Source of the DNA: Octopus sinensis | Lineage: Eukaryota | DNA length: 64,000 nt | Assembly: GCF_006345805.1 (NCBI RefSeq) | Contig: NC_043008.1 | Location: forward strand, 42,408,001-42,472,000 | Direction of reading: 5' to 3' | Shown: one piece after another, positions 38,552 through 51,200 of the stretch | How positions within the stretch are numbered: position 1 is the stretch's first letter | How the letters are laid out: every line of letters starts with the position of its first letter | Made by a program: the position numbers and the translations under genes | The notes under the pieces: generated by a model | Databases searched by the model: none | The model's input: only the letters and a program-made list of their open reading frames with translations | What the model was told of the DNA's origin: nothing

Positions 38552-38901
38552 CGTGTGTGTGTGTGTGTGTATGTGTATTTATGCGTGTATATTCAGTGTA
38601 TATTTTTGTGTTTCCATGCTTCAGATATAGATAAAAGTACGTCGTAGGAATCCTCAAATATTTGCAAGTTAGATCTAACTACATAACAAGTTCTTGAAAA
38701 TATTGATAACCTACATATTTACGAAAATGTCGAGCCTCCTGAGACGCTGTAGCTACATATGATATTTGCATGTCAAAATAAAAGATGTCGTCTTCAAATA
38801 ACGCCTGTCTGACGTCATTAATTTTAATCGTCTCAATATATATTACTTTGATTGAGGAGATAAAGTGACTATATATATATGCGTGTATATGTGTGTGTGT
38901 G

Positions 38902-38941
<40 letters not shown>

Positions 38942-40663
38942 GATGTAGGCACAAATTGGTTATTTTTGATATTTAAAACCAAACCAAATCTGAGAGAAAT
39001 ATGCTGATAGGCAATTAGCAAAAAGGCACGTCTAAAATTAATTTGGGGCGATCAAGCATCGACTACGCATACACAAATACCGTGTTGTGAATCACACAAA
39101 TTTTCACTGTTAAATTCCCTGAATAATTACAAGTATTAACACTTAAATATCCCTCTCCATCTCTCTCACTCTTCACACCCACGCACACCACACTCACTTA
39201 CACACACACACATATATATATACATACTATATAGATACATACACACACATGCACACACAGTCGCACACACACGCACACACATATATTTATATACATACAT
39301 AGACACGCAGGCACGTACACTCACTTACACACATATACACACATACATGTCAACGTATGTTTATGCGTATGTGGATGTATATATATTCTTACTATACACA
39401 TATGTATATATTGGTGTATAAATGTGTATGTGTGTGTGTACAATGCATACATAGATGTACACCCCTGCAACTAGGAGTCTTAATAAATTGAAGGAAATAA
39501 CCAGATTTGCAATAATTTGGTTCCAACGGCCATGAATAAAGGCAGTCTTTTAAATCGAGTTTTCTCTTACATATGAAAATGATGTGATTTTCGTTCGAAG
39601 CGCTTGCATAGCTACGCAGTTAAGAAGTTGGAAACGGAACAACGTGATTCCGGGTGTGACCACCCTGCATGGTAAAGCGGACTGAGGTGGCAGGAGTGGT
39701 GGACAGATTGGGAAAATTGATAAGGGTGAGGCCAAGCAAATTGCACATACGGAATGAAATGAAGGGTATTTTCAATGTTACAGTGCCATGGTGAACAGTG
39801 TACAAAATATTTCGTTTACTCATTAATGAAGATGACGAGGGTGGTTGATGGTGGCCACTTTTTGTTGGCGTGTCTGGAATATTCCCTGCAGTGAAAAAAG
39901 TCGTCGTCAAACAATTGATCCTATAAACAATTGATAAAGCGTATTATATCAGAAATTTTTAGCATTGCCAAATAGGAATCATTAAAGATCTTATTGAATA
40001 GGCAAGTCTTTATTCACTGTCAAACATTAAAAAGAAAATGTGACGGGGTTATCAAAAGCGAAATTTCTTGAGGCAAAATTCCCTACGGCGAAAATGTTCA
40101 CTTCAAAATTTATTATGACTTTTTGTTGGGGTGCGAGAAGTGGTATTTCTGGTTTCATTAAATTTTAACGCGTGTATAATCGATTTAATATTGAGCGATA
40201 CTTTAATAGTTAAGAAACAGGCGGTGAGTTCTTAGACAAAGTCATTAACCTCATTTCTTCCGTTTTTACATTCTGAGTTCAAATACTTGCTATGGTTGAC
40301 TTTGCCTTTCATCCTTACGGGTTCGATAATATAGAGTACCGATCAACTATTGGGGTTGATGCGATCGATTTTTCTCTCACAGATGATGGCTTTCTACCAA
40401 AATGAGAAAGAATTCTTACAGAACTAGCAGAGATACCTGGCGTTGCTCAGGATTAAAATGGCATAGTCTGTATATATATATATATATATTTACACATTGT
40501 GCGACCCATTTGATAACAGAGTTGAGAGGAAATGAGCATTTAATGGCTGATTGTAGTCAATTGCGTATCTTTAATACTGCTACCGTCTCTGCAGAGCTTT
40601 CATGATGGTGCTACAATAATCACTACGCGAGTTATTTGTACGAAAACATACGCACACACACAC

Positions 40664-40707
<44 letters not shown>

Positions 40708-41309
40708 GACACATATATACGCACGCAAACACACTATGTATATTGCTTTATTACTGTATCCAGTGACTCGACTTGCCGGTTGCAGTAACGACGTATGATA
40801 GGTCAAGTGATAGGTGGGTTATCCAATGTAATTGAACTTCAACGGCTAAAATGTAAAATGTATTTGTCTAATGTCCAACCATTATCTAATTCTTGAATTA
40901 TGCATTAAATTTCAAGATTTAAATTAGAATTTTTATGACGAAATTTTATCGCAAAATTTCAAACAGTTTCCATTTCATGTCTAACAATAAATATTCAGTC
41001 TTAATCTGGCTAGCAATTGCCTACTAAATGGACACACACACGTACACACACACACACACACACACAACACACACACACACACACACACACCACACGCACA
41101 CACGTATTCTTTTATTCTTTTACATCTTTCAGTCACTTGACCGCAGCTATGCTGGAGCCCCGCCTTTAGTCGAAAAAAATCGACCCGAGGTCGTTTTCTT
41201 TGGAAGCCTAGTACTTATTCTATCGGCGTCTTTTGCCGAACCGCTTCGTTATGGGGACGTAAAGACAGACACACAAATACATCAACACACGCTCACATAT
41301 ACATATCCA

Positions 41310-41510
41310 TATACACATAAAAACATATATTGGGGGAAGAGTTTACGAAAAAAACAAAAGATGAAGTCAGGCGGTGTACAAAACAAACAGATGTATTAGT
41401 ATAACGCTCAGGAATTGAAAGAGTCTTTTACGTTTCAAGCCTACGCTCTTCTACAGAAAAAAACAAGGGGTGAAACAAGGAAAGAAAAAAAAAGTTTGTA
41501 GTGGCTACCG
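41310..41510 (-). mobile_element. Short PLE-terminus-like cassette with atypical hammerhead-like motif
   Basis: 41423-41462 on the minus strand reads UUUUU-CUGUAGA-A-GAGC[GUAG]GCUU-GAAA-CG-UA-AAAGA. The cassette is bounded by simple repeats. Confidence 0.4.
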
Positions 41511-41762
41511 ATCTCTCTCTCTCTATATATATATATATAATTATATTTTCATACGCACTATTACAAATATCCACCTTGTTGCATACAATAATATGCTCAT
41601 CCGTAGAAACGCATACATACGCAGGGAGAGGAAATGTGTCCTGAAAATGTTATACAGTGACACACAAAGGCGTACATAGAAATATATATATATATAGTGG
41701 TATAGAAATTAGTGCTGTATACAGGGCAGTTGTGATAAGGTAATTTTTTAAAAATATATATA

Positions 41763-42127
41763 CGCGTGGCTACGTGGTTAGAAGCTTGCTTCCCAACCAC
41801 ATGGTTCCTGGTTCAGTCCCACTGCGTGGCACCTTGGAAAAGTGCCTTCTACTATAGCCTCGGGCCGACCAACGCCTTGTGATTTGGTAGACGGAAAATG
41901 AAAGAAGCCCGTCGTATATATACATATATATTTGTATATGTATGCATTTGCGTGTCTGTGTTTGACCCCACCATCGCTTGACAACGGTTGTTAGTGTGTT
42001 TACATCACCTTAAACACACCAACATTGCGGTTCAGCAATGGATAACCGATCGAATAAGTACTAGGCTTACAAAGAATAAGTCCTGGAGTTGATTTCTTTG
42101 ACTAAAGGTGATAAATAAAAGAATAAA
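41763..42127 (+). mobile_element. SINE family A
   Basis: Colinear with 3011-3410. Confidence 0.88.
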
Positions 42128-42199
42128 CGAATATGAGAAGGATATACAAAGAAAATTCTACACAATGTAGAATTTAACAGTGAAAATTATAATATATGT

Positions 42200-42480
42200 A
42201 TATATATATATATCGCACTCCCACGGTTACGACGACTAGGGTTCCAGTTGATCCGATCAACGGAAGGGCTCCTTTGAAACACAAGTAGAATAGAAACAGA
42301 AAGAAATAGTGAGACAAAGTTGTAGTGAAAGACTACAGCAGGGCTCGCCACCACCGGAGCCTCGTGGAATTTTAGGCACTTTCGCTCAATAAACACTCAC
42401 AACGCTCGGTCTGGGAATCGAAACCGCATTCCTGCGACTGCGGTTCGCTGCCCTAACAACTGGGCCATTGCACCTTCACA
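42200..42480 (-). mobile_element. SINE family D
   Basis: Reverse-oriented relative of 2420-2672, with tRNA-like head TGTGAAGGTGCAATGGCCCAGTTGTTAGGGCAGCG...GGTTTCGATTCCC. Confidence 0.75.
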
Positions 42481-43073
42481 TACATTTATGCATACATAAT
42501 TATATGAATGATTATATATATATATATATACGTAGACCTCTGTATATTAAGTGTATGCATATGTGGGTGTATAAGTATATACGTAATTGTGTGTGAGCGT
42601 TTGCGCGCTTGTGTGTGTGTGTACGTGTGCGTGCATGTGTGTGTGTGTGTACAAATGACTTTATCCATGTGTGAATGTAGCACTTTGTTGTATTAACACA
42701 TCCATGTAACGAGCGAATTCCTGACTATGTACAAAGTCTATGGATGATCTAATGAAAATTGAGGTTTATTTCTGTCTTCATTTCTTTGTGTGTATACGTA
42801 TGTATTTTACATACCGCACACACACACACACACACAGGTACATACAAAGACACTCTCATACGCATATACATACATGTCTGTGTGTGTTATTATATATTAA
42901 TATATATATATATATATTATATATATTATATATTTAGCAGAAGTACAGAGTGACTCAACGTACGAGAGTTTCACACGCGTTGACACACACACACACACAC
43001 ATATCAATGCATGTATCTATCTATCTATCTATACATACATATATTCCAACATATACATATATATACATACACA

Positions 43074-43117
<44 letters not shown>

Positions 43118-43140
43118 CATATACACACACATATATATGT

Positions 43141-44232
43141 ATGTATGTATGTATGTACGGATGTTATTCTTGTACAAGATTGTTGTAGAGAGTGACCTCG
43201 AAGCTTCGGCAATGTGGGCCGTCGTATAGAGGAGCGCATCAGATTCATGCAAAGTGGATTTCATTGCAAGTGGACATAAAGAAAAAAACAAACAATAATA
43301 CTACACACCCACATATTGTGTAGAATTGTCAGTAAGGAAACTACTGTCCACAATTATTGAGTGATAATATCACCTCTGAGGAACGTTTTAACACATCTAC
43401 ACACATGCGCGCGCGCGGTGAGACACATACACTCACTCACACGCATGCACGCAAGCACGCACACATATAGTAGTGGTTGTGGGGTAAGATATTGTCTCGA
43501 GTTCAGTCCCTCGGTATGGGACCTTGGGCTAGTGTCACCTGCTGTAGTCTCGGTCCTTGCGAGGAGAGTGGGAAGACGGACATTGAAATTGAAAGACGAC
43601 CGTTGTGTGTGTGTGGTGTATATATATATTTATATATATATACACACAAACACACACACATACATACACACACATATATTGTATGTATGTAGTATGTATG
43701 TATTACGGATGTTATTCTTGTACAAGAGGTTTCTAGAGAGTGACCTCGAAGCTCGGCAATGGGGCCGTCGTATAGAGGAGCGCATCAGATTCATGCAAAG
43801 TGGATTTCATTGCAACGTCGGACATAAAGAAAAAAACAAACAATAATACTTACACACCCACATATTGTGTAGAATTGTCAGTAAGGAAACTACTGTCCAC
43901 AATTATTGAGTGATAATATCACCTCTGAGGAACGTTTTAACACATCTACACACATGCGCGCGCGCGGTGAGACACATACACTCACTCACACGCATGCACG
44001 CAAGCACGCACACATATAGTAGTGGCTGTGGGGTAAGATATTGTCTCGAGTTCAGTCCCTCGGTATGGGACCTTGGGCTAGTGTCACCTGCTGTAGTCTC
44101 GGTCCTTGCGAGGAGAGTGGGAAGACGGACATTGAAATTGAAAGACGACCGTTGTGTGTGTGTGTATGTATATATGTATATATTTATATATATATACACA
44201 CAAACACACACACATACATACACACACACACA
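43141..44232. repeat. Near-identical tandem duplication, ~549 bp period
   Basis: Identical anchors GTGATAATATCACCTCTGAGG at 43361 and 43910. Each unit contains a decayed family A SINE head. Confidence 0.95.
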
Positions 44233-44460
44233 CTTATCTGCTTGTGACTGCGTGCCTTTTGCTTTTCTCCGTCACCGCTTGACAGCCGGTGTTGCTTTGT
44301 TTACATCCCCGTAACTTAATATGTCAGAAAAAAACTATAAAAATATGTACCATAGAAGAAACTATAGAAACTACTATAGAAGAAACTATAGAATATGTAC
44401 TAGTGCACACACACAAACACACACAGATATATATGTATATATACACTCGCACATATATAT

Positions 44461-44978
44461 TCTTTTCTACTCTAGTCACAAGTCCCGAAACTTTGGGGTG
44501 CTGGGCTAGTTGATTAGATCGACCCCGGTGCGTAATTTGTACTTATTTAGTCGACCACGAAAGGATGAACGGCAAAGTCGACCTCGGCGAAATTTGATCT
44601 CAGAACGTAGCGACAGACGAAATACGGCTACGCATTTCGCCCGGTGTGCTAACGTTTCTGCCAGCTCGCCGCCTTACTCAAACACACACGCACACACACA
44701 CACACCACACACACACACACACGCACACATATATATATATATATTAAAAGGCGGCGAGCTGGCAGAATCGTTAGCACGCCGGGCGAAATACGTAGCCGTA
44801 TTTCGTCTGTCTTCATGTTCTGAGTTCAAATTTCGCCGAGGTCGACTTTGCCTTTCATCCTTTCGGGGTCGATAAATAAAGTAGCAGTTACGCACTGGGG
44901 TCAATGTAATCGACTTAATCCCTTTGTCTGTCTTCGTTTGTCCCCTCTATGTTTAGCTTCTTGTGGGCAATAAAGAAA
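44461..44978. mobile_element. Head-to-head inverted pair of family B SINEs
   Basis: A minus copy ends at 44675 (CTGCCAGCTCGCCGCCTT) and a plus copy starts at 44748 (AAGGCGGCGAGCTGGCAG), with a ~72 nt (CA)/(TA) spacer. Confidence 0.9.
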
Positions 44979-45759
44979 TATATATGTATATTAAACGATA
45001 CACCAACAAATAAAAATGCATTCAGACATACACAGATGGAAGCTATATGCAACTACACAGTACCTTGGCTGAATTAAGATATACACGCACTAACATATAC
45101 ATTCACATACAACACACACACACACACACACACACACAGTCACTGACGCACACACGCGTAAATGCGGATTCATGCACACAAGAACACATGCGGCGCCCAT
45201 AAAAAATTGTGCAACGCAGCTGTGTATGGATGCATGCTCGTGTGCATGTCAGTTGATGTGCAACAAAGATACGCTTCCTATAAGCGTGTGAGTGTGAACG
45301 AGTGCGTGCACGCTCGCGATATACGCCGCACCAACACTGCAAAACTTTTAAACAGATGGACACACACACACACGAATCTACACATATCTATACACACATG
45401 TCTACACACATGAATACACACGTACGCATTGACACAGACACTCGCACACACCTGACATGCATAAAATGTGCGAAAACATGCACATGTATGCATTCAAAGA
45501 CACACGTATGCACGGTGTTAATTTCTACACGCTCTGCGTGTAATGACGCATTCATGCGCGTGCACACATGCAACAAAGCAATACATATTTTAAACAGCTA
45601 ACGAACAGTTCTGTCGGATATAAAGCTTAGCTAGCCTTATACGGTATGTGGTTTCGAATCCTTGTTAAGTTAGTTGTTTTCTTTTTTTATTTAATTTTGT
45701 TGTTCTGACGTAGCTTTGATTTCGTCTTCACTTCTCTGGAAAATGGTCGTAGCTGTGTT

Positions 45760-46091
45760 CTCATTGTTTATTTCCTAACCACATGGTTCCAGGTTCAGTC
45801 CCTCTGCGCGGCACGTTGGTGTCCCCATTAGATGCCTTGTGAGTGGTTTTCGTAGACGGAAACTGAAAGAAGCCCGCCATGTTGTGTATATATATATATA
45901 TAATATATAGTATATATTATATATATATATATATATATACATACATATATATATTATATATATTATATATATATATATATATATATCTACCTATATAATA
46001 TATACATACATATATATATATATATATATAATTATGTATATATATATATATATATAATATATATATATTATATATTATATAATATATAATG

Positions 46092-46138
<47 letters not shown>

Positions 46139-46145
46139 AATATAT

Positions 46146-46189
<44 letters not shown>

Positions 46190-46190
46190 G

Positions 46191-46222
<32 letters not shown>

Positions 46223-46530
46223 TATATACACACGCACATTTTTGTATGTATGCACGTTGAAATAACATATATGTGTGTGTGCGTCTAAGTTTGTGTATTT
46301 GTTTGTCTCTGCCTCTCCGTTTGTTCCCTACTCCTCCTTGATAATCGTTGTTGGTTAATCGCTGTTGGTGTGTTTACGTCCTAGTAACTTAGCGGTCCAG
46401 CACAGAAACCGACAGAATAAGTATCCGATTTATAAAAAAAGTAGTGAGTTCGATTAGCTCATTCAATAAACGTCGAGGCGGTACTCCAGCATGGCCGCAT
46501 TGCTCCAGCACGGCCACACTGCTCCATCAT
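45760..46530 (+). mobile_element. SINE family A split by an expanded internal (TA)n tract (~45885-46230)
   Basis: The 5' half ends AACTGAAAGAAGCCCGCC. The 3' half resumes GTTGGTGTGTTTACGTCC...GGCGGTACTCCAGCATGGCCGC. Confidence 0.8.
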
Positions 46531-47369
46531 GGCCGTAGTCTAACGAGTGCATGATGAAATATCTTCCACGCATGACCGCCTCGTCTTACAATTGCTTTTA
46601 GAGAGGTAATTCAATTTATTTTGAGCATAATTTGCCTGATATTTCTAGGAGTTCGAATACCTGCTGAATATTGATGATAATTTGGCTGCTTTTTCTAGGA
46701 GGTCGAACACCTGAACAATGTTGTGGACTATTTGGTTGCTATGAAGAACGTCACCTGGTTTCCGCTTATTTACTTGCACACACTCATAAAGATTATGGAT
46801 CATATGAACACACGCGCAAGCGATGCACAGATACATACACACACACACAGACACACGCATGCACACAACCGCACGCATATATGAATGACACACACATGTA
46901 CACACACAAATGGAAACGCGCACACAGCTACACGCACGCACATACATAGATACACGCATACACATACACACACACACAAATGCACATATATGCACACGAG
47001 TACGCACGCACGCAGTCAGGCACACACATACATACACATGCAGATATGCGTACGAGCACACAGGCACACACACACACACATGCAGACACGCACATACAAA
47101 GGCATACACACTCACACACAAATATTCACATGCACACATGTATAGACACACGCAGCGCACTCAGGCACACACACATAACAAACGCAACGCGCGCGCACAG
47201 ATACACAGAAACGTACATACACATGCTTGCACGTACACGCACACGCACATACATGCAAATACACATACATACACATGCACGCGCCTACAGACAAGCGTAC
47301 ACACTACAACACACACACATTTTGCCCTTCTGCTTTTCTTAAATGTAGTGTTTCGCTATCATCTCAATG

Positions 47370-47793
47370 TTCCTAGAAACCAAGGCGGCGCGTTGGCAGA
47401 AACGTCAGCACGCCGGGCGAAATGCTTTGCGGTATTTCGTCTGACGCTAAGTTCTGAGTTCAAATTCCGCCGAGGTCGATTTTGCCTTTCATCCTTTCGG
47501 GGTCAATTAAATAAGTACCAGTTACGTACTGAGGTCGATGTAATCGACTTAATCCGTTTGTCTGTCCTTGTTTGTCCCTTCTGTGTTTAGCCCCTTGTGG
47601 GTAGTAAAGAAATAGAAATAGGTATTTCGTCTGCCTTTACATTCTCGGTTCAAATTCTTCTGAGGTCGACTTTGCCTTTCAACATTTCGGGGTCGATAAA
47701 AAAGTACCAGTTGCGTACTAGGGTCGTTGTAATTGACTGGCCCCTTCCCCGAAAATTTCGGGCCTTGTGTAGAAAATAATATTCCTAGAAACC
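47370..47793 (+). mobile_element. SINE family B dimer flanked by a 12-bp target-site duplication
   Basis: TTCCTAGAAACC at 47370-47381 and 47782-47793. The internal junction GAAATAGGTATTTCGTCTG lies at ~47615-47633. Confidence 0.85.
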
Positions 47794-48249
47794 TGTGTCA
47801 TCTCAAACTAAACCGTTACCATTTTCTGTAGCAGAGAAACACAGGTATAATGATCATAGCGCCGGGCGAAATACCAGCAAGTCTATAACTTAGCATTCGG
47901 AGTTCAAATCACACCTAGGTTGGAAATACTTGCCATTACTTTGGGTCTGAAGGAGTAAATACGATATTGAATCATCGCTAACATTTGGTAGCATTGTGCC
48001 AAATTAGTTATAATTATTAAAGAAAACACTAACTCCGGGAAAGAGAGGCCATTTTTGTGACAGGAGTGGTGGTGTGGAATCGGAGATTTTGACCCAAGAA
48101 CATAGCTGGTATTTTAAGGTTAAAACGGTAGTATTTGAATTAAAAACGCCAAGGGATTGATGTAAATAGGTGGTGGGAATATGTTGTTGCCCACAGTCTG
48201 TTGATATAGGCATGTGTTTGTGACTGTATAGGTATATATACCTGGGTAA

Positions 48250-48418
48250 ACACATAAATGTGAAACAAGGTGGAAAAAAAGAGTACTCAAATACCAGTGG
48301 CAGAGTAATATGCTTTATTTAAAGCAGCAGAAAATTCAACAAAACCTGTTACTCTGAGTTTCACGTTGCGGGCAACGTGAAACAGGTTTTGTTGAATTTT
48401 CTGCTGCTTTAAATAAAG
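48250..48418. mobile_element. Collapsed foldback element, same family as 15397-15524
   Basis: Hairpin 48313-48418 with a GG loop and one 9-nt bulge, ending in (TA)n. Confidence 0.8.
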
Positions 48419-48482
48419 TATATATATATATATATATTTATACACCAGCATGTGTGTGTGTGTTATGTGTGTGTGAGTGTGT

Positions 48483-48531
<49 letters not shown>

Positions 48532-49528
48532 GTGTGTGTGTATGTGTGTGTGTGTGAATATTCCCCTCCCACGAAAGTGGTTTGGATGTGAAATGTACTC
48601 AAGGGAGAGAAAAAAATAACTATGTAAAGTTCCAGAGGTCAGAAATCCTGCCGATGTGAGCAATTCATTGAAAGGGAATGCGAAAGAGAATGCGAAAGGG
48701 AATGTTTGCGGACGACTGTTACAAAAGCTGCAGATTTCTTCCCCGATTGGGAAATCACATAAAATACCTTAGTATTTCGTTAAGGAACATTTTTGAATTT
48801 GAGTCTAAGGACTCATAAGAACGGTTCCACGGCTTCCATGGCGTATGAGTGACGGAGATCACAGGAGTCCCCTTGAACAAGACACCGGTTCGCTGGAGGA
48901 TTCAATACCAGTAACTGTTGATGAAAGGGTACAAATTAAGTACTTTATTTTATCGATTCCGTAGGGATAAAAGGAAATATTGATCTGGGTAATATTTGAA
49001 CTCAGAATACAATGAGTTGGAAAAAACGATGCAAAACATTTTGTCCGGCGTGCCAACGATTCTGCCAGGACGACACTTTTGACTAAGGTATAAATCCAGA
49101 TGTATACCTCCTAAAATATATTACGGCATTTGGCTAAGTGGCCATGTCGGAAAGCGGATGTTTCCAAACAATGTGACCAGCTCACATCTGTTTTGCCTCT
49201 ACACAATGTAAGCGGAACAGTTAAAATATGGAGGACATTTGTCGCTGTCGCGATGCGAGGATACTATCTTCTTATAACACATCAATACGGCAGACAGAAT
49301 GCAATATTCGGGAGCAAATAAGAAAGAAGAACATTAAGGCTTACAGAAACTCTAAGACGAAGGTAACAACGACATCATTACAAAGGTTAAGGGATGATTG
49401 TCTTAAACAAACTACATTGGATAGAATAAGCTGTGTTGTCTGGAATACAGAGAAAAAAACCAGACAAAACAACAAATAAACACATTGGAATTAATTGATC
49501 AAAATAAATTTGGTGGAACCAAATAATA

Positions 49529-49917
49529 CTCTTTTACTCTTTTACTTGTTTCAGTCATTTGACTGTGGCCATGCTGGAGCACCGCCTTTTTTTAGTCGAG
49601 CAAATCGACCCCAGGACTTATTCTTTGTAAGCCTAGTACTTGGTCTCTTTTGCCGAACCGCTAAGTTACCGGGACGTAAACAAACCAGCATCGGTTGTCA
49701 AGCGATGTTGGGGGGACAAAAACAGGCGCACAATCATATAAACACAGACATACATATATACGACGGGCTTCTTTCAGTTTCCATCTACCAAATCCACTCA
49801 CAAGGCTTTGGTCGGCCCGAGTAGAAGACACTTACCCAAGGTGCCACGCAGTGAGACTGAACCCGGAAACATGTGGTACGTAAGCATGCTACTTACCACA
49901 CAGCCACTCCTATGCCT
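49529..49917 (-). mobile_element. SINE family A, full length
   Basis: Reverse complement of the family A sequence from head to tail. Confidence 0.9.
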
Positions 49918-49919
49918 AT

Positions 49920-50110
49920 AAGAAAATAACCGAAGAATTAAAACATAATCGATCTGATGTTGTGGTTTGGAACCATAAATTAACGATATGCACAGGAAGG
50001 TCCGCTATTAAGTTGAAATCAAAGAGGTAAGGAAAATAATGAAGAAGAAAAAAAGGATAGATTTATGAGCAACTGATAATGTTTGCAGAAAACCAATGGA
50101 GAAAATTGGC
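49920..50110 (+). mobile_element. R4/Dong-type endonuclease fragment
   Basis: ELKHNRSDVVVWNHKLTIC resembles KHNRPD.VVW. Confidence 0.5.
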
Positions 50111-50915
50111 AGCGAATAATGGCCGATTAGTTAATGTACCCGAGCGACTGCTTCGTGGTATGTGTTTGACTCCATTTGAGGTTCAAGTTCTGCTGAGATC
50201 AACATTACACTTCCTCTATTTTGAATTGACAACATAGAACTAATCCAGAGTGATGAATTGTCATGCCTGCCTTCGGTTTCTTGTTTTAGTTCTTTGTATC
50301 TCAAGTTCAATTCGCATCGTAGCCTATATGGGTAGCAGACTTAATTCATTGCCCGAGTCAGGAACGCCACGCGTAGAATTAATTTTGGTTTGGCAGAGGA
50401 ATCCGTTCTGCTGAAGAGCTTCGTTTCGAAGATACCTTCTTAACTCTCCCACCCAGTTTCTGAGCTTCGCTAAAAGGACAACGGGCATTGCTAACGTAAT
50501 TGACATAAATCGCGACAAAATCTAAATATTTTATAATCTTTAACTTATAGTGATAGGATAAGAAGTAACAAGCCTCGATGAAATTTAGTTATTTGGTGAG
50601 AGAGGACGTAGATTCCGGATTCCGATGTCCGAAATAAGCACGATACTTGGGTCAATAATCTTAGAAAGTTTTGAATTTAAAGGGTGAATGGTGGTCAAAA
50701 GATAGGGAGAAATGAACGGAAAAACCTTCAATTAAAGTAGAAAAAGATAGGAGACTACTTTATTGAAGTTGGAGAAATTCCAATAAAAGAGCAATAATTC
50801 TGGTCTAGAAACCAGCTCATTGTCTATTCAGAAGAAATTATAGATAAGTTGCGATGCATGTGTGTGTGCGTGTGTTTGTGCGCGCGCATGTGGGTCTGTG
50901 TATACATACATATAT

Positions 50916-51001
<86 letters not shown>

Positions 51002-51059
51002 CCATATCCAATACGATATAAAATATTAATATATTAAAAATATTCTACATAATTTATAT

Positions 51060-51200
51060 TATCGGTGGTCCCTTAGCAAGTCAAACCTAAAGAGAAGTTA
51101 ATAAAGAAGGCTACTCTTATTTCTAGCAATTTACGCTACTATTTGGTACCCTTGTTTAATAACTTGTCTTTAGATTTGAGTTGCTAAGGGACCACCGATA
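51060..51200. mobile_element. MITE (137 bp) with ~49-bp TIRs and TA duplication, Tc1/mariner-type
   Basis: TA|TCGGTGGTCCCTTAGCAA...TTGCTAAGGGACCACCGA|TA, with 5 mismatches between arms by hand alignment. Confidence 0.8.

Noticed and set aside
50411-50435. CTGAAGA followed by a CTTC/GAAG hairpin
   Set aside because: No GAAA follows stem II, so it is not a hammerhead.
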